Part shown: piece after piece, positions 36,438 to 39,937 of the stretch
How positions within the stretch are numbered: position 1 is the first letter of the stretch
Layout of the letters: each line of letters opens with the position of its first letter
Source of the DNA: Candidatus Omnitrophota bacterium
Lineage (GTDB): Bacteria; Omnitrophota; Omnitrophia; Omnitrophales; Danuiimicrobiaceae
NCBI GenBank assembly: GCA_016206815.1
Contig: JACQQT010000031.1
Coordinates: 1 to 39,937 of the forward strand
Length of the DNA stretch: 39,937 nucleotides
Reading direction: 5' to 3'
The notes under the pieces: model-generated
The model's database searches: none
What the model was told of the DNA's origin: nothing
Seen by the model: only the letters and a program-made list of their open reading frames with translations
Program-made: the position numbers and the translations under genes

Positions 36438-36495
36438 CTTTCTACTCTGAGCAAAGAGGACTTAAGCTTCAATTTTATTTTAAACGGAGGACGAT

Positions 36496-37863
36496 ATGGA
36501 TCCAAAGGTAGCGATAGACACATTATGGGTTTTAATTACCGCGATGTTGGTGTTTTTTATGAACCTGGGTTTTGGGTGCGTGGAAAGCGGTTTTGCGAGA
36601 AGTAAGAACACGGTTAATATTTTGTCTAAAAACTTTATCGTTTTCGCCTGCTCAACCGTTTCATTTTGGCTGATCGGCTGGGGGCTCATGTTTGGGGATG
36701 GATCGCCCTTCTTCGGTTTGAAAGGTCTTTTCATGCTGCATGGTGCAGATAACAGCCCGTTGACCGGCGATGCCTATCAAGGTGTCTATAGCGCGATCAA
36801 CTGGACGGGCGTTCCCCTGCTTGCGAAATTTTTCTTTCAACTTGTTTTCGCAGGTACCGCTGCAACGATCGTTTCGGGAGCGGTTGCCGAAAGAATCAAG
36901 TACATTTCATTTATCTTGTTTTCCTTTCTGCTCGTCGGTTTAATTTATCCGGTAACGGGTCATTGGATCTGGGGCGGCGGATGGCTTGCCGGCCTCGGGA
37001 TGTGGGATTTTGCCGGATCAACGGTGGTTCACTCGGTAGGAGGGTGGGCGGCTTTAGCAGGTGTCTTGGTGTTGGGTCCCCGCTTTGGAAAATATGGGCC
37101 GAACGGAAAAATTAACGCGATTCCGGGCCACAGCTTGCCATTAGGGACTATCGGCGTATTTGTTCTGTGGCTGGGTTGGTTCGGTTTTAATCCTGGCAGT
37201 ACGATGGCCGCAGACCCGGGATTAATTTCTCATATTTGCGTGACAACAAACATGGCTGCCGCAACCGGGATTTTGGGCGCCACGCTGACGTCTTGGTTTT
37301 TGCTCAAAAAGCCGGATTTAGGCATGACCATTAACGGTTGTTTAGCAGGACTGGTTGCGATTACCGCACCGTGTGCTTTTGTGAGCGTCGGAAGTTCCGC
37401 CATCATTGGATTCCTTGCCGGAATCATCGTCGTATTGTCCGTCATTTTCTTTGACCGGGCGCGCATTGATGATCCCGTAGGCGCTCTTTCCGTTCACTTG
37501 GTGAATGGTATTTTTGGGACTTTGTGTGTTGGTCTGTTTGCGCAAGATTGGGTGAGTCCAGAGACAACCGGAAACGGTTTGCTTTTCGGCGGAGGAACAA
37601 AGCTTTTAACCTCCCAAGCGATAGGCGTGGTGGCAGCAGGAGCTTACACGTTCTTTGCAGCCTTGATTTTCTGGTTCATCATCAAAGCATTTGTCGGCCT
37701 TCGCGTTAGCTTGCATGAGGAAATCGAAGGTCTTGACATTGGCGAGCACGGCAACGCCGCTTACCCTGATTTTGTGATTCATAAACCAAGCTATACAGCG
37801 ATCAGTTCTGGCAGTTTTGTGAAACATATTTCCAACACTCCAGAGCTTTCCGGAAAAAGGTAA
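36496..37863 (+). CDS. amtB: Ammonium transporter
   Basis: 455 aa, 11-12 TM. FFMNLGFGCVESGF, AGTAATIVSGAVAER and STVVHSVGGWAALAG motifs of the Amt family. GGAGGA SD. Confidence 0.95.
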   Translation: MDPKVAIDTLWVLITAMLVFFMNLGFGCVESGFARSKNTVNILSKNFIVFACSTVSFWLIGWGLMFGDGSPFFGLKGLFMLHGADNSPLTGDAYQGVYSAINWTGVPLLAKFFFQLVFAGTAATIVSGAVAERIKYISFILFSFLLVGLIYPVTGHWIWGGGWLAGLGMWDFAGSTVVHSVGGWAALAGVLVLGPRFGKYGPNGKINAIPGHSLPLGTIGVFVLWLGWFGFNPGSTMAADPGLISHICVTTNMAAATGILGATLTSWFLLKKPDLGMTINGCLAGLVAITAPCAFVSVGSSAIIGFLAGIIVVLSVIFFDRARIDDPVGALSVHLVNGIFGTLCVGLFAQDWVSPETTGNGLLFGGGTKLLTSQAIGVVAAGAYTFFAALIFWFIIKAFVGLRVSLHEEIEGLDIGEHGNAAYPDFVIHKPSYTAISSGSFVKHISNTPELSGKR

Positions 37864-37880
37864 TGGGAGGGAATGTGATC

Positions 37881-38222
37881 ATGAAAAAAATAGAAGCCAT
37901 TATTAGACCTGAAAAATTAAATGAGGTACGCGTCGCACTGGAGCGTTCGGGCTATCCCGGCATTACGATTTCCGAAGTCCAAGGCCACGGCTTGCAAAAA
38001 GGAGTGATTCAGCAGTGGCGGGGCGAGGAATATCGGGTTGATATCCTTCCGAAGGTGAAAGTAGAGATCGTTGCCGGAGATGATGAGGCGGAGACGATTA
38101 TCCAGTCCATTTTGGAGTCGGCCTATACCGGCGGGGTCGGCGATGGGAAGGTGTTTGTTTACGATGTGGCGGAAGTCGTCCGCATTCGCACACGTGAACG
38201 AGGCCAGCGGGCGCTTGCTTGA
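37881..38222 (+). CDS. glnK: Nitrogen regulatory protein P-II
   Basis: MKKIEAIIRPEKL, T-loop GEEYRVDILPK (Tyr present), GDGKVFV. 112 aa from ATG 37881. Confidence 0.95.
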   Translation: MKKIEAIIRPEKLNEVRVALERSGYPGITISEVQGHGLQKGVIQQWRGEEYRVDILPKVKVEIVAGDDEAETIIQSILESAYTGGVGDGKVFVYDVAEVVRIRTRERGQRALA

Positions 38223-38235
38223 TCAAGAATTGACT

Positions 38236-38265
38236 TTACAAAAAAAGCAACCTCAGTGTATGATA
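38236..38265 (+). promoter_or_regulatory. Weak candidate sigma-70 promoter upstream of glnA
   Basis: TTTACA (38236-38241), 18-nt spacer, TATGAT (38260-38265). Confidence 0.3.
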
Positions 38266-38351
38266 CGTCCTTTCCGCGAAAGAGGCCTGTCCTACTTCCG
38301 TAACTTTGACTAACCAAGCAAAGAGCATCTTGCATTTAAGGAGGCAATGGA

Positions 38352-39830
38352 ATGACCACATTGGTAACAGAACGAGATAGAGAAGAGGAAATTGTAGAAG
38401 CGACAAGACCGACCACTCCGGATGAAGTAAAACGCTTTGTCCAAAAGAACAAGATTCAAGTGATTGACTTCAAATTTAATGATTTGCCAGGTTTGTGGCA
38501 GCATTTTTCCGTTCCGGCTCAGGAGTTGTTGGGAGACAGCATTTGGACGGACGGAATCGGTTTTGACGGTTCCTCGATTCGCGGATTCCAAAAAATTCAG
38601 GAGTCCGATATGATTTTGATGCCGGATCCCGGCACAGCCGTCATCGATCCTATTTGTCAGACCCCGACTTTAAGCATCATCTGCAACATTTTTGATCCGG
38701 TCACCAAAGAGCCCTACAGCCGCGATCCGCGCTATGTCGCTCAAAAGGCGGAAGAGTATTTGAAGAAAACCAAAATTGGGACGCACAGCTTTTGGGGCCC
38801 TGAAGCTGAGTTTTTTATTTTTGATGATATTCGTTTCGATCAGGGTGAAAACTTCGGATATTACTACATTGATTCCGTAGAAGGTGATTGGAATACGGGG
38901 CGTGATGAAAAGCCGAACCTCGGTTACAAACCGCGCTATAAGGAAGGGTATTTTCCGGTTCCGCCGCATGATACGCTTCAGGACATCCGTTCTGAAATTA
39001 TGCTGACGCTTCGGAGAGTGGGTGTTCCGGTGGAATGCCATCACCACGAAGTCGCAACTGCCGGACAATGCGAAATTGACATTCGCTATTCACCGCTGGT
39101 TCGGATGGCGGACAACCTCTTGATGTATAAGTACGTGATCAAGAATGTCGCGCGCAAATACAACAAGGTGGCTACCTTCATGCCCAAGCCGATTTTTAAA
39201 GACAATGGTTCCGGCATGCATGTTCACTCCAGCATTTGGAAAGATAATACCAACCTGTTTTTTGACGGAAAAGGTTACGCGTTGATTAGCGAAACCTGTA
39301 AACATTATATTGGCGGGTTGTTGAAACACGCCGCCAGTATTTTGGCTTTCGGTGCGCCCACCACCAATTCTTACAAGCGGTTGGTTCCCGGTTATGAAGC
39401 ACCGGTGAACCTGGTGTACTCGGCACGGAATCGTTCGGCTGCCTGCCGGATTCCGATGTATTCAACCTCGCCGGCGTCAAAGCGCGTGGAGTTCCGTTGT
39501 CCGGATCCGAGCTGTAACCCGTACCTGACCTTTGCGGCGATGCTCATGGCCGGACTCGATGGAATTCAAAACAAAATTGATCCGGGTCAAGCGGTTGATA
39601 AAAATATCTACGAGTTGGATGACCGCGAAAAAGCTAAAATTAAAACGGTGCCCGGCTCATTAGAGGACGCGCTCAGTGCGCTTGAAGCGGACCACGAGTT
39701 TCTGTTGCAAGGCGATGTGTTTACGAAAGATGTGATTGACACATGGCTGGCGTATAAGCGGGAAGTTGAAATCGATGCGATTCGCTTAAGACCTCACCCG
39801 CACGAGTTCTACCTCTATTTCGACATTTAA
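38352..39830 (+). CDS. glnA: Glutamine synthetase, type I
   Basis: 492 aa. [38 protein letters not shown] and NIYEL (adenylylation-loop Tyr) motifs. AAGGAGG SD. About 25-aa N-terminal extension. Confidence 0.95.
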   Translation: MTTLVTERDREEEIVEATRPTTPDEVKRFVQKNKIQVIDFKFNDLPGLWQHFSVPAQELLGDSIWTDGIGFDGSSIRGFQKIQESDMILMPDPGTAVIDPICQTPTLSIICNIFDPVTKEPYSRDPRYVAQKAEEYLKKTKIGTHSFWGPEAEFFIFDDIRFDQGENFGYYYIDSVEGDWNTGRDEKPNLGYKPRYKEGYFPVPPHDTLQDIRSEIMLTLRRVGVPVECHHHEVATAGQCEIDIRYSPLVRMADNLLMYKYVIKNVARKYNKVATFMPKPIFKDNGSGMHVHSSIWKDNTNLFFDGKGYALISETCKHYIGGLLKHAASILAFGAPTTNSYKRLVPGYEAPVNLVYSARNRSAACRIPMYSTSPASKRVEFRCPDPSCNPYLTFAAMLMAGLDGIQNKIDPGQAVDKNIYELDDREKAKIKTVPGSLEDALSALEADHEFLLQGDVFTKDVIDTWLAYKREVEIDAIRLRPHPHEFYLYFDI

Positions 39831-39841
39831 CAAAGTTGCTG

Positions 39842-39910
39842 TGTCATTCCCGCGAAAGCGGGAATCTAAACGATGGATTCCCCGGTCAAGCCGGGGAATG
39901 ACAGTTTTGT
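39842..39910 (+). terminator. Composite REP-like double hairpin and probable glnA terminator
   Basis: Hairpin A ATTCCCGC-GAAA-GCGGGAAT (39846-39865). Hairpin B ATTCCCCGG-TCAAG-CCGGGGAAT (39877-39899) followed by GACAGTTTTGTT. Outer arms TGTCATTCC/GGAATGACA could also pair. Confidence 0.55.
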
Positions 39911-39937
39911 TAGCATAAAGAAGGGGACAGCTTGTAG

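Noticed and set aside
38223-38351. Sigma-54 promoter, NtcA (GTA-N8-TAC) site or glutamine riboswitch upstream of glnA
   Set aside because: There is no TGGCAC-N5-TTGC match, no correctly spaced GTA/TAC pair, and no recognisable riboswitch core. Only a weak sigma-70 candidate was retained.
1-39937. CRISPR arrays, IS elements, transposases, integrases, phage genes, toxin-antitoxin or known defence-system genes
   Set aside because: None were seen on either strand. Every ORF over about 100 aa that is not an antisense shadow is accounted for by a housekeeping or transport function, so I cannot support a claim of a novel multi-gene system in this window.

Overview
Dense, almost entirely housekeeping chromosomal segment of a diderm bacterium (BamA, Skp and Lpx genes are present; lineage not assignable from this window). 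I call 43 CDS, one tRNA-Gln, and several promoters, terminators and repeats. Gene order: pdxA; a convergent aminotransferase; aldose epimerase and DUF3047; a minus-strand Rrf2-regulated NitT/TauT-type ABC importer; a divergent thioesterase plus an orphan 7TM protein; rsmA; a tightly packed gatCAB-yibQ-tsaD-mgtC-larB-hisG-(32-aa basic ORF) array; ispE-spoVG; tRNA-Gln; clpX; two sugar ABC permeases coupled to glmU-prs-rplY-pth; rpsF-ssb-rpsR-rplI-dnaB; bamA-skp-lpxC/fabZ-lpxA-lpxI; and a GAF/sigma-54 activator followed by amtB-glnK-glnA. I see no transposase, integrase, CRISPR array, toxin-antitoxin pair or recognisable defence island, and no convincing new multi-gene system. The observations most worth a second look are: (1) a perfect 77-bp direct repeat pair bracketing the permease-glmU-prs-rplY-pth block, with copy 1 supplying the clpX stop codon; (2) a SpoVG with a zinc-ribbon insertion; (3) a 32-aa Lys/Arg-rich ORF absent from the ORF track (bS22-like); (4) a palindromic REP-like element embedded in-frame in tsaD; (5) a one-component GAF/sigma-54 nitrogen module with a textbook -24/-12 promoter; (6) an exact 10-mer recurring in three 5' leaders; (7) four tandem hairpins after dnaB. 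All functional calls rest on motif recognition in the supplied translations and by-eye reading of the DNA. No database search was run.
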